A stretch of DNA of 40,000 nt from Aeromonas phage pAEv1810: the sequence record OL964756.1. One strand, given 5' to 3'. Below are positions 25,661 to 35,627 of this stretch, piece by piece. The first letter of the stretch is position 1. The number at the start of each line of letters is the position of its first letter. The notes under the pieces are model-generated. The model saw only the letters and a list, made by a program, of their open reading frames with translations, did no database searches and was not told the DNA's origin. The translations under genes and the position numbers were made by a program.

Positions 25661-27763
25661 ATGAACGACAAGAAACCTAAAAACCAAATCACGTTTAGAA
25701 CTGGTGGTGTCGGCGTCGGTTTGAACGCCTGTCGAGCTAACTCATCTGCTGCCAGACTTTACATGTTGGGTAAGAATGCAGGGAAGGCATCTGTTATTTG
25801 GCATCCGACAAATAGAAAGTTTAGTGCTGGTGATGAAGTCGAGTATGGCAAGACTGCTCGTAAAGTAGAAGCAGAGTCTGATGTGGAAGTTGAAGCTATC
25901 TTCTTTCCACGTAATATACTTAATACCACCGAGCCTAATCTTTGGGGTAAAGTAAACGTTATAGTTCGTAATCTAGAAACAGGTATCTATGACGTGATTG
26001 AACTGGATAAGTTCAATACTCAAAACATGGATTTGGGATTCGAGTACAAATACGACGATGATTTACTTCGTAGTATCAAACCTGGTAGTCAATATCGTAA
26101 AGGAACTGTGTTTGGGCAATCAGCCCGTATTTCTGAAAGTAATGAATGGTGTCCAGGTATTGAAACTAAAGTAGCTGCGATGAGTCACGTGTATACAGAA
26201 GAAGATGCTGTTTTGATCTTTGAAAGTTATGCGCGTAAGATCGGTGTTACCTTTAGTCGTAAACATGACTTCCAGTGGAACGAAGAAGAGTTTATTCCGC
26301 TTAACTTGTACGGTAGTGCCGATAAACCGCAACTCTGTCCACTGTCTGGGGAGCGTGTTAGAGAAGATGGTATTGTAATGGGATTTCGTCGTAAGGATCC
26401 CAATGCAGGTATCTCTGGGATGACTAAACGCTCCCTGATGATTCCAGATCCTATTTACGACGTATTGTTCTACTCAAGCCCAAACTGTATTGTGGCGGAC
26501 ATTGAAGTTCAAACAGAGCGTTACAAGAACCAATCTAATAATCGTAAAGCTGAGAAGCTCACTCAACCTCACACTTTAATCTTGGAAAAGATTGAAGAAG
26601 AGTATAACAGCTATTATAACGATATTGTTAAATGGTTCGTTAATAAGGAACGTCAGTATGCTGACAATGTTCCTTTGTCAGGTAAGCTCTGGAATTTGAT
26701 CTTTATGGCACGAGGTGCTATTACAAGGGATTTCAGTACTCCTCACTCTAATGGTAAATTCCATAAGGTAAAACGTAAAATCCACAACATCAATCTGAAG
26801 GACTGGCGTATCATCGTTACTCTTAAGGAAGATGTAGAAGGTAAAGTGCGTTTCAAGAATACTGGTATGGACGGTAACAAATCTGTTATCATGAAAATCC
26901 TACCAGACTCTATGGCCCCAGTAGATGAGTATGGTAACAAAGCTGATATGATTGTGGGTAATACACCTGCATTTCGTCGTCAAACTTTGGGCTCATTGAT
27001 CGAGCTTGATGTTAACTTTGTTAACCAATATGTTTATCGAGAGATTAAACAAGCTTTTGAAAGTAAGGATTATGCGTCGGCTTGGGATAAAGCACATCTG
27101 TTCTACAAAACAGTTAATCCCTCATTTGGAGAACTAGTAGAACAATTGAACGCTGAAGAACGAATGGCACACCTAAGATGGATTCTGAAGGATGAGAATG
27201 AATTCGGTATTCTAGCACCTTCCGGTACTGATGATGTAGGCATTAAGATCACTGAACGTTTGGCTGATACTTATGCTCATATCAAACCAACTCCTGTTAC
27301 TTACATGAACGAGAATGGAGCTAGGATCACTACCATTCACCCGATTGTAATCAGTTCACTCTATTACCTGATGTTGGATAAATTCGGTGATGACATTAGT
27401 TGTCAGTCCATGCCGAAACTTAATATCTTTGGGCTTCCAACTTCACTTAGTAAACATGAACGTTCTCGTGACTTCTATCGAGCCACTTTGAACCGTAACG
27501 TTGGTGAAACCGAGGGTCGGTTGTTTGTTAACCAGAAGGGAGGCGCCGCTGCTGTACGTAGTTTGGCGCTAGCTAACAGTCCTGAGTTGTTAAGCTTGGC
27601 CGGTAAACGTATTATCCGCGCTGATAATCCATTCTTGATCAAACATCTGATTAAACCAGGTGAGGAGCGTCGTAACCATTCTCTACAAGTGATCGATAAT
27701 ATCATGAGTGATTTTGGTCTTAAACTTAGAACAGAGCGTTCTAGTGACCGTACCGACGATTGA
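25661..27763 (+). CDS. nvRNAP beta subunit, C-terminal part (phiKZ gp71-73-like)
   Basis: RTGGVGVGLNACRA, GLGWCPG-like SNEWCPGIETKVA, GMDGNKSVIMKILPDSMAPVDEYGNKADMIVGNTPAFRRQTLGSLIE as in RNAP beta. Confidence 0.88.
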   Translation: MNDKKPKNQITFRTGGVGVGLNACRANSSAARLYMLGKNAGKASVIWHPTNRKFSAGDEVEYGKTARKVEAESDVEVEAIFFPRNILNTTEPNLWGKVNVIVRNLETGIYDVIELDKFNTQNMDLGFEYKYDDDLLRSIKPGSQYRKGTVFGQSARISESNEWCPGIETKVAAMSHVYTEEDAVLIFESYARKIGVTFSRKHDFQWNEEEFIPLNLYGSADKPQLCPLSGERVREDGIVMGFRRKDPNAGISGMTKRSLMIPDPIYDVLFYSSPNCIVADIEVQTERYKNQSNNRKAEKLTQPHTLILEKIEEEYNSYYNDIVKWFVNKERQYADNVPLSGKLWNLIFMARGAITRDFSTPHSNGKFHKVKRKIHNINLKDWRIIVTLKEDVEGKVRFKNTGMDGNKSVIMKILPDSMAPVDEYGNKADMIVGNTPAFRRQTLGSLIELDVNFVNQYVYREIKQAFESKDYASAWDKAHLFYKTVNPSFGELVEQLNAEERMAHLRWILKDENEFGILAPSGTDDVGIKITERLADTYAHIKPTPVTYMNENGARITTIHPIVISSLYYLMLDKFGDDISCQSMPKLNIFGLPTSLSKHERSRDFYRATLNRNVGETEGRLFVNQKGGAAAVRSLALANSPELLSLAGKRIIRADNPFLIKHLIKPGEERRNHSLQVIDNIMSDFGLKLRTERSSDRTDD

Positions 27764-27795
27764 GAAGTTCTTTTAGTTTAGTAAAAGAGGATCCG

Positions 27796-29820
27796 ATGAA
27801 AACAATTAGATTAAGAGAATTCGCTGGACTTGATCAAGTTTCAATGCTTAACATGACGGAGCGTCGTTATAAAGTAGAAGTGATCGATGACCAAGGAGAG
27901 AAAGTAATCACTGATAGTTGGCTACTAGCTATCAACTGGTACACACTCATTCCCCATCGTTACTTCCACGACGAACCTTATCATATTGACGAGGTTATCG
28001 TTCTGAAGTCCAAGGAAGGACGTCAGAGCTTTATTGACGATGATAAGTTGAAGCACCCGGTGGATAACTTCCTGGCACGCATTATGCCTAAGAACGATGA
28101 TCCGGTTTTCTACGATATGATTAAACAACTGATCTTTGTTTATCATAATGCTTGTCATAACTATCTGTGTGTAAAGTCTGAACATGGTGTTGTATCTGCA
28201 CGTTCTATGGATGTGCTTCATGTGCTGAGAAATCCAAAAATCGCTGATCTGAAGAAGCGTGTTCAAACTGGTCAAACATGTATGGCTGATGGTGCTAAGG
28301 AGTTTGAACAGATCATGATGACCGAACCTGATTTTGATAAATCAGTATTTGGGTTATTGTATCGTACTCGCTCAGTATCAAGTGTTCAGTCATTCCAGTT
28401 GGTAATTGCTCGTGGTGACGTAACCGATCTTAATGGCACTATTCTACCTAATACCATTATGGAATCGTACGCTGATGGTATTACCAACCTTGCTGATAGT
28501 CTAGCAGACTCTAAAGGTGCTGGTTTCTCGTTGATCTCTAACGGACAGGCGCTACAAGACTCTGAGTGGTTCCACAAGAAGATTCATAACGTAGCTCAGG
28601 TAGTCAAAGGGATTGACTACCAAAAGGACTGTGGGAGTACTACAGGGACGATTGTGAAGATTGTCTCCAAGGAATTTAAACAGTCTTTGGCTGGTAAGTG
28701 GCGAATCCTGGAAGATGGTTCTTTGGAACTATTGATCGGTAAAGCACTTGATAAGATCGAAACTGGGGAAAAGATCACCTATCGCTCTGTTGCTTGGTGT
28801 CGACATGGTAGAACAGGAAGACCTTGTTCGGTGTGTTTTGGTAAAATGGAATCGGCTCTACCGTTTAATCCTTACACTAGAAGAGGGGCAGTGCCTGGAT
28901 TGTTCTACGGTTCTACTCTTGCCGAACCCATTGGCCAGTCTATCCTTAAGACTAAACACCGGATTGGTTCTGCGTCAGCTAAAGGGTTTGTAGTTAATCG
29001 GGCAGATGCTGATTATATTACTGGTGATGAGTCTGGTGATTACATCTACTTTAAAAAAGAGATCCTTAATGAGGATTCTGATCCATATTTGATTTTGGAT
29101 AAGGAAACACAGCAGGATTTCTCCGACTTTAAGTTTATGGAAAACTTGGAAGACATCGATCTATCCCGTGTTCTTAGAACATATGAAACAATTAAACTGC
29201 GGGTAAGTATTTCTAACCCTATGTTTGAGAGTAAGAAAGCGGTTCATTACCCAATCATCACTACTACTGTTGCAAGTCGCGATGCAAGGATGACCAGAGC
29301 GCTAGTAGAGTACTTGTTGGAACAACCTATAGAGGAGGAGGGTAAAACCTTTAAGATCTCTTTGAAAGGGTTTGATGCTAAGGAGCCAGCGTTTGAGCTA
29401 CCACAAGTAAACGAGGACTTGGATGCTTATCGTAAGAGGGTAGAAAACAAGTTTAAGTTTGATGAAGTTAAGAACCGCTGGGATCACTGGATTACACCTG
29501 AAATCTTTGGTGAGTACGTAGTGTCTCTTTGGAAGGTAATTGATGAGAAGTACAAAGGTGCTAATATCATCATGACCGATATCTTCCTCTGGGCTTGTAC
29601 AGCTATTGATCCTAATAACTTGGATTATGGATTACCTGGTGAAACAGACAAACGGGTATTTGTTTCACTACATGAGTCCATTATCCATGGCGGAATGAGT
29701 AATGCACTGGTATACGGTTATCAGAAAGAGAGCTTAATTAACGAACCATATCGGTTCCTGGTTAAGAACCGTAAGAGTGGTGTATTGGAAGCATTCATGA
29801 ACCCAATCGCAATTAAATGA
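27796..29820 (+). CDS. nvRNAP beta' subunit, C-terminal part (phiKZ gp74-like)
   Basis: KDCGSTTG, RPCSVCFGKMES, GLFYGSTLAEPIGQSILKTKHR (bridge/trigger region); ATG 27796 has AGAGGA upstream. Confidence 0.9.
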   Translation: MKTIRLREFAGLDQVSMLNMTERRYKVEVIDDQGEKVITDSWLLAINWYTLIPHRYFHDEPYHIDEVIVLKSKEGRQSFIDDDKLKHPVDNFLARIMPKNDDPVFYDMIKQLIFVYHNACHNYLCVKSEHGVVSARSMDVLHVLRNPKIADLKKRVQTGQTCMADGAKEFEQIMMTEPDFDKSVFGLLYRTRSVSSVQSFQLVIARGDVTDLNGTILPNTIMESYADGITNLADSLADSKGAGFSLISNGQALQDSEWFHKKIHNVAQVVKGIDYQKDCGSTTGTIVKIVSKEFKQSLAGKWRILEDGSLELLIGKALDKIETGEKITYRSVAWCRHGRTGRPCSVCFGKMESALPFNPYTRRGAVPGLFYGSTLAEPIGQSILKTKHRIGSASAKGFVVNRADADYITGDESGDYIYFKKEILNEDSDPYLILDKETQQDFSDFKFMENLEDIDLSRVLRTYETIKLRVSISNPMFESKKAVHYPIITTTVASRDARMTRALVEYLLEQPIEEEGKTFKISLKGFDAKEPAFELPQVNEDLDAYRKRVENKFKFDEVKNRWDHWITPEIFGEYVVSLWKVIDEKYKGANIIMTDIFLWACTAIDPNNLDYGLPGETDKRVFVSLHESIIHGGMSNALVYGYQKESLINEPYRFLVKNRKSGVLEAFMNPIAIK

Positions 29821-29826
29821 TAATGT

Positions 29827-29853
29827 CCTACCTAGACAAAATGTCTAGGTAGG
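29827..29853 (+). terminator. terminator-like hairpin
   Basis: CCTACCTAGACA-aaa-TGTCTAGGTAGG followed by TTTATTT. Confidence 0.75.
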
Positions 29854-29871
29854 TTTATTTGGAGTATAGTT

Positions 29872-30219
29872 ATGAAACGTCTTTACCTGATCAAATCTGG
29901 AACTGACTTACTTCCTTATTTGATGCCAAAGTTAAATCAAGTTCACGTACCTAAAAAGAAACGTGCTATAATGAAAGCAGGGACCGATCTTGTTCTTATC
30001 TATAGCAAAGGGAAATGCCTGGTACAGCGAGCAGATATTAGGACTCCCTATCGACACATGGTTTTCATGTTCAACCTTCCAGATTGGGACAAGTATATTT
30101 ACCCTATGGAACTTACCTGTCTTTCCACACAGGGACTAATAACAGATCAAGTAGATGGATTACCTTGGGTTCAACCTGAGACATTTAAACCAGGTAGTGT
30201 AAACGTTAAAACGTATTAA
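29872..30219 (+). CDS. hypothetical protein
   Basis: 115-aa ORF. Confidence 0.65.
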   Translation: MKRLYLIKSGTDLLPYLMPKLNQVHVPKKKRAIMKAGTDLVLIYSKGKCLVQRADIRTPYRHMVFMFNLPDWDKYIYPMELTCLSTQGLITDQVDGLPWVQPETFKPGSVNVKTY

Positions 30220-30225
30220 GGATGA

Positions 30226-30624
30226 ATGATGAAAAAGTTCTATTGTTTTACTGCTGGACAACTGGTGCCTTCCTGGGTTGTTGATTTCGTTTCTGAAAAT
30301 CCAGAATCAGAATTTAATAACCGTAAAGGTAAAATAACCTTTGCGTCTTCCTGTCTCGGTGTTAAAGAAGAAACTGGTAATATTAAGCTTCTCAGACTTA
30401 ATGATAAAAATGGCGATCAAGATCACGATTACATTACCGTTAGCAATATGGACAACATTGTCGTTGGCGGTATTGGGAATGGTCGCGGTATCCACATTGC
30501 TAGCAGGTCTTATCAAAAGGATTTTGGTAAAGGTCTTCATTATTCACATTCCATTGTAAATGGTAAAGAAGTCCTAATTCAACTGAAAGGATTTGAAGAT
30601 GTCGCTATCCAAGGAAGTAAATAA
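30226..30624 (+). CDS. hypothetical protein
   Basis: 132-aa ORF. Confidence 0.65.
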   Translation: MMKKFYCFTAGQLVPSWVVDFVSENPESEFNNRKGKITFASSCLGVKEETGNIKLLRLNDKNGDQDHDYITVSNMDNIVVGGIGNGRGIHIASRSYQKDFGKGLHYSHSIVNGKEVLIQLKGFEDVAIQGSK

Positions 30625-30775
30625 ACTCTTTGATGAAATAGAGTATAAAATCTCTAAATTTCAAAAGAAACTAGTTGATCGAAAGGAACCTAAACGTTCA
30701 ACATTACCTGTCGGTGGTGGTTATCAACCCCATCCTACAGATAAAGAAGTTTCCCCTCCCCCAAAGAAACAGTAA
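30599..30775 (+). CDS. small hypothetical protein
   Basis: ORF 30593..30775; ATG 30599 with AAAGGA upstream; Pro/Lys-rich tail. Confidence 0.55.
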   Translation: MSLSKEVNKLFDEIEYKISKFQKKLVDRKEPKRSTLPVGGGYQPHPTDKEVSPPPKKQ

Positions 30776-30782
30776 TACAAAT

Positions 30783-30809
30783 AACGTAGTGAGAAACACT
30801 CACTACGTT
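30783..30809 (+). terminator. terminator-like hairpin
   Basis: AACGTAGTGAG-aaaca-CTCACTACGTT followed by T. Confidence 0.7.
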
Positions 30810-30927
30810 TACAAAAAGGTCTGTTAATAAATACAACAGTCATAATTCGTTAGAAACCAATCTTTTGTGACCACTTTCCAAGAGGTTAAATGATATAACG
30901 TTTTATGTGTTCTAAGGGAGATACCTA

Positions 30928-32460
30928 ATGAGAAAAACGTTAGAGGTTTATAAAGCTAGTACCTACGTTAGGCTCACTGGGTATAAACCGGAATTAGTTA
31001 AACAGATATTAATGCCTTTTTGTAAACGTAACTTTGCAAGAGTCCAAAAGGTTCCAGGTGATTTATACGGAACGCATAAGTGGGAAATTACTCATGTGTT
31101 TGCGAGATTCAATAACGATAAAACAGAATTAAGGTTCTGTTCATCGATGCTACCTGAACTAATTAAACTCATGACTAGTTCTGGTTATAAAGAGTCACGC
31201 ATTTCTATTCAAGATGAAAAGGTGATTAAACCTAAAAAGGTAGTGTTACCTTTACTTAATCCAAAGATTAAACCAAGAGATGAAGAACAGGAAGAGTTCT
31301 GCGAGTTCATGATGAACGAAGATCCTCTTTCTATTAACAACCTTCCGCCCGGGAGGGGGAAGACATTCTGCGCTTTATATTCAGCTCACCACATTAGCGA
31401 AAGAGTACTTATCACAGTTCTACCAAGGTTCGTTGATATCTGGGTTAAAGCGTTCGGTGAGTTTTACAATATCAAACCTGAAGATGTGGTAGTGGCTGAT
31501 ATCATTGGTGTACCTGAACTACATCAAGCTATCATTAATAACGTAATAGATCCTAAGATCATTATTCTCCCTTTAACTAAGATTGATATTTATCTGAAGA
31601 AAATGAGGGATGATGAAACTCTACCAAGTCTTGATCAAGTGTTCGATGATCTTGGTTGTGGGATCCGTGTTATTGACGAAGCACATGAATCGATTTACTC
31701 GGTTTATAGTAGTTTGATGTTTGGTAATCACAAACGTACTTTTGTATTATCAGGTACATTGAAAGGTGATGACGAATTTGTAAACAAAATTTATAATGCA
31801 ATCTTTCCATTTAGTTGTTACCTGAGATCCCCAGAACACACACCTTACATGCACGTTGTTGCTTATTTCCATCGAATGGATTTATTTAAACATCGTATCA
31901 ATACAAAAGGTTTTGGTGGCTATAGTCACGTAAAATTTGAGCAAGGGATATTAAAGAAACCTTGTCTATTTGAAAGCTACTACCAAATGCTTTTAGGTGC
32001 TTATAAACAGTTTTACTTGGACGACTACTTAGAAGGTCAAAAGTCAATGTGGTTTTTTGCCACTACTGAGTTTTGCGATAAGTTTAATGAAAGGTTATTG
32101 TGTGATTATCCCGATCTAGATACCATTGTGTTCAATTCCAAAACAAGCAAAAAAGATCCAAATGGTTATAGAGAGCATACCAATGTGGTAACTACACCAG
32201 GATCTTGCGGTACCGGTAAAGATATACCCAAGCTCTTTACAGTGTTCTCACCTATAGCTGTGTCTTCTTCCCAGCGTAACAACCAAATGGTGTGTCGCAC
32301 TAGACCAGTTGATAAGTGGTGGCCGGGACTAATGCCGTACTTTGTTTATTTTGTTTGTCAAGATGAGAAAAAACAAATAGAGTATGGTAGAAAGAGGAGG
32401 GAGCTTTTTAACGGCGTTTGTAAGAAGTTTTCTATTATCGATAGTGGTGTAAGAATGTAA
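30928..32460 (+). CDS. SF2 DNA/RNA helicase (UvsW-like architecture)
   Basis: NNLPPGRGKT Walker A, IRVIDEAHE DEAH box, FVLSGTL, NNQMVCRTRP motif VI-like. Confidence 0.85.
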   Translation: MRKTLEVYKASTYVRLTGYKPELVKQILMPFCKRNFARVQKVPGDLYGTHKWEITHVFARFNNDKTELRFCSSMLPELIKLMTSSGYKESRISIQDEKVIKPKKVVLPLLNPKIKPRDEEQEEFCEFMMNEDPLSINNLPPGRGKTFCALYSAHHISERVLITVLPRFVDIWVKAFGEFYNIKPEDVVVADIIGVPELHQAIINNVIDPKIIILPLTKIDIYLKKMRDDETLPSLDQVFDDLGCGIRVIDEAHESIYSVYSSLMFGNHKRTFVLSGTLKGDDEFVNKIYNAIFPFSCYLRSPEHTPYMHVVAYFHRMDLFKHRINTKGFGGYSHVKFEQGILKKPCLFESYYQMLLGAYKQFYLDDYLEGQKSMWFFATTEFCDKFNERLLCDYPDLDTIVFNSKTSKKDPNGYREHTNVVTTPGSCGTGKDIPKLFTVFSPIAVSSSQRNNQMVCRTRPVDKWWPGLMPYFVYFVCQDEKKQIEYGRKRRELFNGVCKKFSIIDSGVRM

Positions 32461-32469
32461 ATAAAAACT

Positions 32470-32501
32470 GACTCTACCAAGCTTTGATGCTTGGTAGAGT
32501 C
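32470..32501 (+). terminator. terminator-like hairpin
   Basis: GACTCTACCAAGC-tttgat-GCTTGGTAGAGTC followed by TTTATTT. Confidence 0.75.
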
Positions 32502-32512
32502 TTTATTTAAGG

Positions 32513-33016
32513 TTGAGAGAAATGCAAGCTAATTTTAATACGATTACATTCTCGCTTCCTAATGTGAGAAACGAAGAAGTTCTAAATGCTATTGTAACTG
32601 GACTAATGTCTATTATTGCTAATCAGTTTAACAACGGCGATGAAATGAGTTGTGTTTTTAATAGAGACATCGCTTATTACAGCATGGGAGAAGTTATCAC
32701 TGATAATGTAATGGATGAACAACAGTTCCAATCTTTACATCAACAAGCTGTATCTGGACTAGAACATATATTAACACATCAGTTAACTACTCTAGAAATG
32801 CTTGTAACAACTTCTGAAGGACTTTCTGATATAATCCCATATGTTTCCCCTGGTGTTATCTTACTTTACATTAGAGAAGGTTTGGTGAGTAATATCAATG
32901 GTACTTACGCAGGGATAGAAAGTAACAATCAAGCTTATTTCGAATACTGTCAAATAGTAGGAGATAAGCCAAGTAACAGTTTTCTTACTAATGGTGATTT
33001 CAGTGAGATCATTTAA
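32513..33016 (+). CDS. hypothetical protein
   Basis: 167-aa ORF. Confidence 0.7.
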   Translation: MREMQANFNTITFSLPNVRNEEVLNAIVTGLMSIIANQFNNGDEMSCVFNRDIAYYSMGEVITDNVMDEQQFQSLHQQAVSGLEHILTHQLTTLEMLVTTSEGLSDIIPYVSPGVILLYIREGLVSNINGTYAGIESNNQAYFEYCQIVGDKPSNSFLTNGDFSEII

Positions 33017-33395
33017 TCCAGTACCAATTAAAGAAAATAACTTAGAAGTGATAAGTCATCACTTTCTATTACCAGTAATACATGAACAATTGAATACAGC
33101 TCATAGTGTTTTGTATGAGTGGTTAGTCTATAGCTTAGGTCAATGTGTACTTGATTGCCCTGGTGCACCATTCTGTTTTATGTCGGAGGTCGCTGAGCAG
33201 TTGATTGAATCCATCGATCCAGGTGATCTAGACCGTGTACATGAAATAATAGACTGGTTACAAGAACAACATGAGTTGTTATTTTCTGATCATGTATTTC
33301 AGTCAATCTGTTTTAGTAATTTAGAGTTTTATAAGTTTAGTTATGAGTTGTATCCAACTTCCGGCAGAATCTTATTTCACGTAGATGAAGACTGA
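32991..33395 (+). CDS. hypothetical protein
   Basis: 134-aa ORF overlapping the previous one. Confidence 0.65.
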   Translation: MVISVRSFNPVPIKENNLEVISHHFLLPVIHEQLNTAHSVLYEWLVYSLGQCVLDCPGAPFCFMSEVAEQLIESIDPGDLDRVHEIIDWLQEQHELLFSDHVFQSICFSNLEFYKFSYELYPTSGRILFHVDED

Positions 33396-33429
33396 TTCGT
33401 TAACTAACCTAATTAAAAGAGTATAGACA

Positions 33430-33942
33430 ATGAACGCAATTAACCAAACACTCCCCGTGGAACCTTTAGCTATATTTGCAAATCCAGCTCCTGTAATGTT
33501 TAAACTTAACAGTTGTGATCTTTCTGATTACTTCGAAGGTTACAATTCAGAACAAACACTTATTGCTCTTGAAGGAGCTTTAAACATTATCTTTAATCCA
33601 GATATTCTTCTAGCCAGAGTTGATAACACATTAACTACTGTTGAAGATCTAGGTTGGGATAGTATTGAAAATACTTTAACTTCCGAAACAGTATTCAAGT
33701 TAGTTAATCAGCATGATAGTTACACAGTTATGACACATGAAGAGTTAACAGATGCCTTTGCTAACTCTTTTGATTCAATTGTAAATAAACTATCCGAAGA
33801 TATCACCAGTGATCACTTTAACTCTGATGTTTCAACCATATATTCAGAGATGACTACGTTTAATAGTATCACTGTAAACTCTTATCTGTATGAAGAGAGA
33901 AGTAATGTGCTAAGAGTTTATCTTACTTTCAATATGTATTGA
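33430..33942 (+). CDS. hypothetical protein
   Basis: 170-aa ORF. Confidence 0.7.
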   Translation: MNAINQTLPVEPLAIFANPAPVMFKLNSCDLSDYFEGYNSEQTLIALEGALNIIFNPDILLARVDNTLTTVEDLGWDSIENTLTSETVFKLVNQHDSYTVMTHEELTDAFANSFDSIVNKLSEDITSDHFNSDVSTIYSEMTTFNSITVNSYLYEERSNVLRVYLTFNMY

Positions 33943-33950
33943 ACATACAT

Positions 33951-33990
33951 AAGTTCCCTACCTAACCAATAAAGGTTAGGTAGGGAACTT
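33951..33990. terminator. bidirectional terminator-like hairpin between convergent genes
   Basis: 17-bp stem AAGTTCCCTACCTAACC-aataaa-GGTTAGGTAGGGAACTT. Confidence 0.8.
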
Positions 33991-34008
33991 TAATTTACTT
34001 TTTTCTAT

Positions 34009-34266
34009 TTACTGACCAAGGATTTCTTTGTCAAGAATAGCTTTCGCAGAATCACGTTGTACTTGTGCTTCAGCAACGGCTACCTTGGCCTTTTCAAGTT
34101 GAGCTTCAACTTTACCCAGGTGAGTTTTAGCTACACCAAGTTTAACCTCAGCAGCATGGTAGTTCTTCAGAGCTTCACTCTGCTCTTTGTACTCAGGGGA
34201 GAGTACAGCACAACCAGTCAGACCCATAAAGGTCATTGCTACAGCGAGAGTTTTCCACATCTTCAT
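34009..34266 (-). CDS. small phage-encoded lipoprotein with helical/coiled-coil body
   Basis: MKMWKTLAVAMTFMGLTGCAVLSPEYKEQ...: signal peptide and lipobox LTG-C; start 34266 has GGAG upstream. The 34482 start of the track is unlikely. Confidence 0.75.
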   Translation of the reverse strand: MKMWKTLAVAMTFMGLTGCAVLSPEYKEQSEALKNYHAAEVKLGVAKTHLGKVEAQLEKAKVAVAEAQVQRDSAKAILDKEILGQ

Positions 34267-34322
34267 TTTACTACTCCAGATGTTTATAGTTAAAAGGACA
34301 TAAAATTGCAAATAGTAGATTC

Positions 34323-35627
34323 TTACTTTACAATTCTGTTTATATCCAGTTTCACCATTTTTAACTGAGATGTGTGCATACCTTTCATACGTTGCAACAT
34401 GATCTGTGTGAAGATAAGAACTGTTTCGGCAGAAACACGGTTTTGAATAGCCCCTAGTTTTTCTCCGCAGCAAACCTTGCAAAGGTTAAAGTCACCTTGT
34501 TCGCAGAACTGGGGAACTCTAAATTGCAGTGGTTTACCTAACAGCACCTTATCAGCTTTAGTTAATACCTTTAGACCATCAGCAGTTTTATAATAACCAC
34601 CTACCCAAGATCCGAAACTAAAATCATTAAGTGTTACTGTTTCTGTTCTCGGAGTTTGACAGTCAGTGTCAATAGCTTCAATACGGTCAGTAAGAAGAAT
34701 CATCACCTTAACTTCTGCACCACCTTCACCTGTTGCGTTACCACGGTCATAGGAACCAGAAATAGCTGTGTTAATATAAGCAGGATAATTATCTTTATCC
34801 CAACCTTCATTCAACGAGTTACGAAGTAGTTGATACTTACCAGTGTTGAAATCAGGAACCATATCAAATACAACAAACATTTTCTTACGGGCGTTATCAA
34901 TGAACTTCTTATCAATAAAGAAGTCTTTAGACGGCCCGTTGTATTGAATAGATGCATCAAGAGCTACAACTTCGTCAATGACTTTTGCTACAGCTGATGG
35001 GTCATTAAGTTTGTTCTCTTTCTCTAGTTCGTTTAGTAGCTTATCACGAAGTTTGATTACGTCAGGATGAACGGTAAGGACATCTAAGGAAGACGCTTTA
35101 ACAAATACGTCGTTAAGTCCCTCTAAGTAATCAAGGTTCTTAGTAATGTTCAAACATTGGGTGACGGATGCTTTATCAGATGGTATAGTTTCACCTTCCT
35201 TGGGATCATCTACCATGATAGAGTCAATGAGACCTCGCACTGTGCCAGAGGTAATCGGTCCATTGATGTAACTTGCTGCGTGACCAACCGATTCAAAGAA
35301 AACGACTAGGTTTACTAACAACAATCCTACAGTCGTTTCAATCTTCTCTTTAACGAATTCATGAACTGTCATATCAACTGTGATTTTATCGTTCTTATTA
35401 AAGAGAGCTTTATCGTACTGTGCGTGCTCTATAACGACTTTCTTACCTTCTTTAAGGAAATATACTTCCTTAGTATCAGGATCGCGTAGAAGCGCGTAGG
35501 GGACTGTTTTGAGCTTGTTATTGTTAGCTACAGAAGGTGTTACAATAGAGAATACTGAAAGTAGAAATGATTTGCGAATGTAAGCTCTATTATTAATTGC
35601 TTCAAAGAGATAATCAAACTTGTTCAT
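34323..35627 (-). CDS. virion RNAP beta'-like fragment (phiKZ gp80-like)
   Basis: SGSYDRGNATGEGG, DTDCQTPRTET, LCKVCCGEKLG, then SAETVLIFTQIMLQRMKGMHTSQLK aligning with the beta' DCGT / zinc / trigger-loop entry region. Confidence 0.7.
   Translation of the reverse strand: MNKFDYLFEAINNRAYIRKSFLLSVFSIVTPSVANNNKLKTVPYALLRDPDTKEVYFLKEGKKVVIEHAQYDKALFNKNDKITVDMTVHEFVKEKIETTVGLLLVNLVVFFESVGHAASYINGPITSGTVRGLIDSIMVDDPKEGETIPSDKASVTQCLNITKNLDYLEGLNDVFVKASSLDVLTVHPDVIKLRDKLLNELEKENKLNDPSAVAKVIDEVVALDASIQYNGPSKDFFIDKKFIDNARKKMFVVFDMVPDFNTGKYQLLRNSLNEGWDKDNYPAYINTAISGSYDRGNATGEGGAEVKVMILLTDRIEAIDTDCQTPRTETVTLNDFSFGSWVGGYYKTADGLKVLTKADKVLLGKPLQFRVPQFCEQGDFNLCKVCCGEKLGAIQNRVSAETVLIFTQIMLQRMKGMHTSQLKMVKLDINRIVK

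Noticed and set aside
25570-25692. N-terminal extension of the minus-strand ORF 25231-25692
   Set aside because: Would overlap the RNAP beta gene start and promoter; the internal ATG at 25569 has a good RBS.
34267-34482. N-terminal extension of the minus-strand lipoprotein ORF
   Set aside because: The signal peptide with lipobox begins at 34266 with its own RBS; the upstream part overlaps the RNAP-like gene and looks non-coding.
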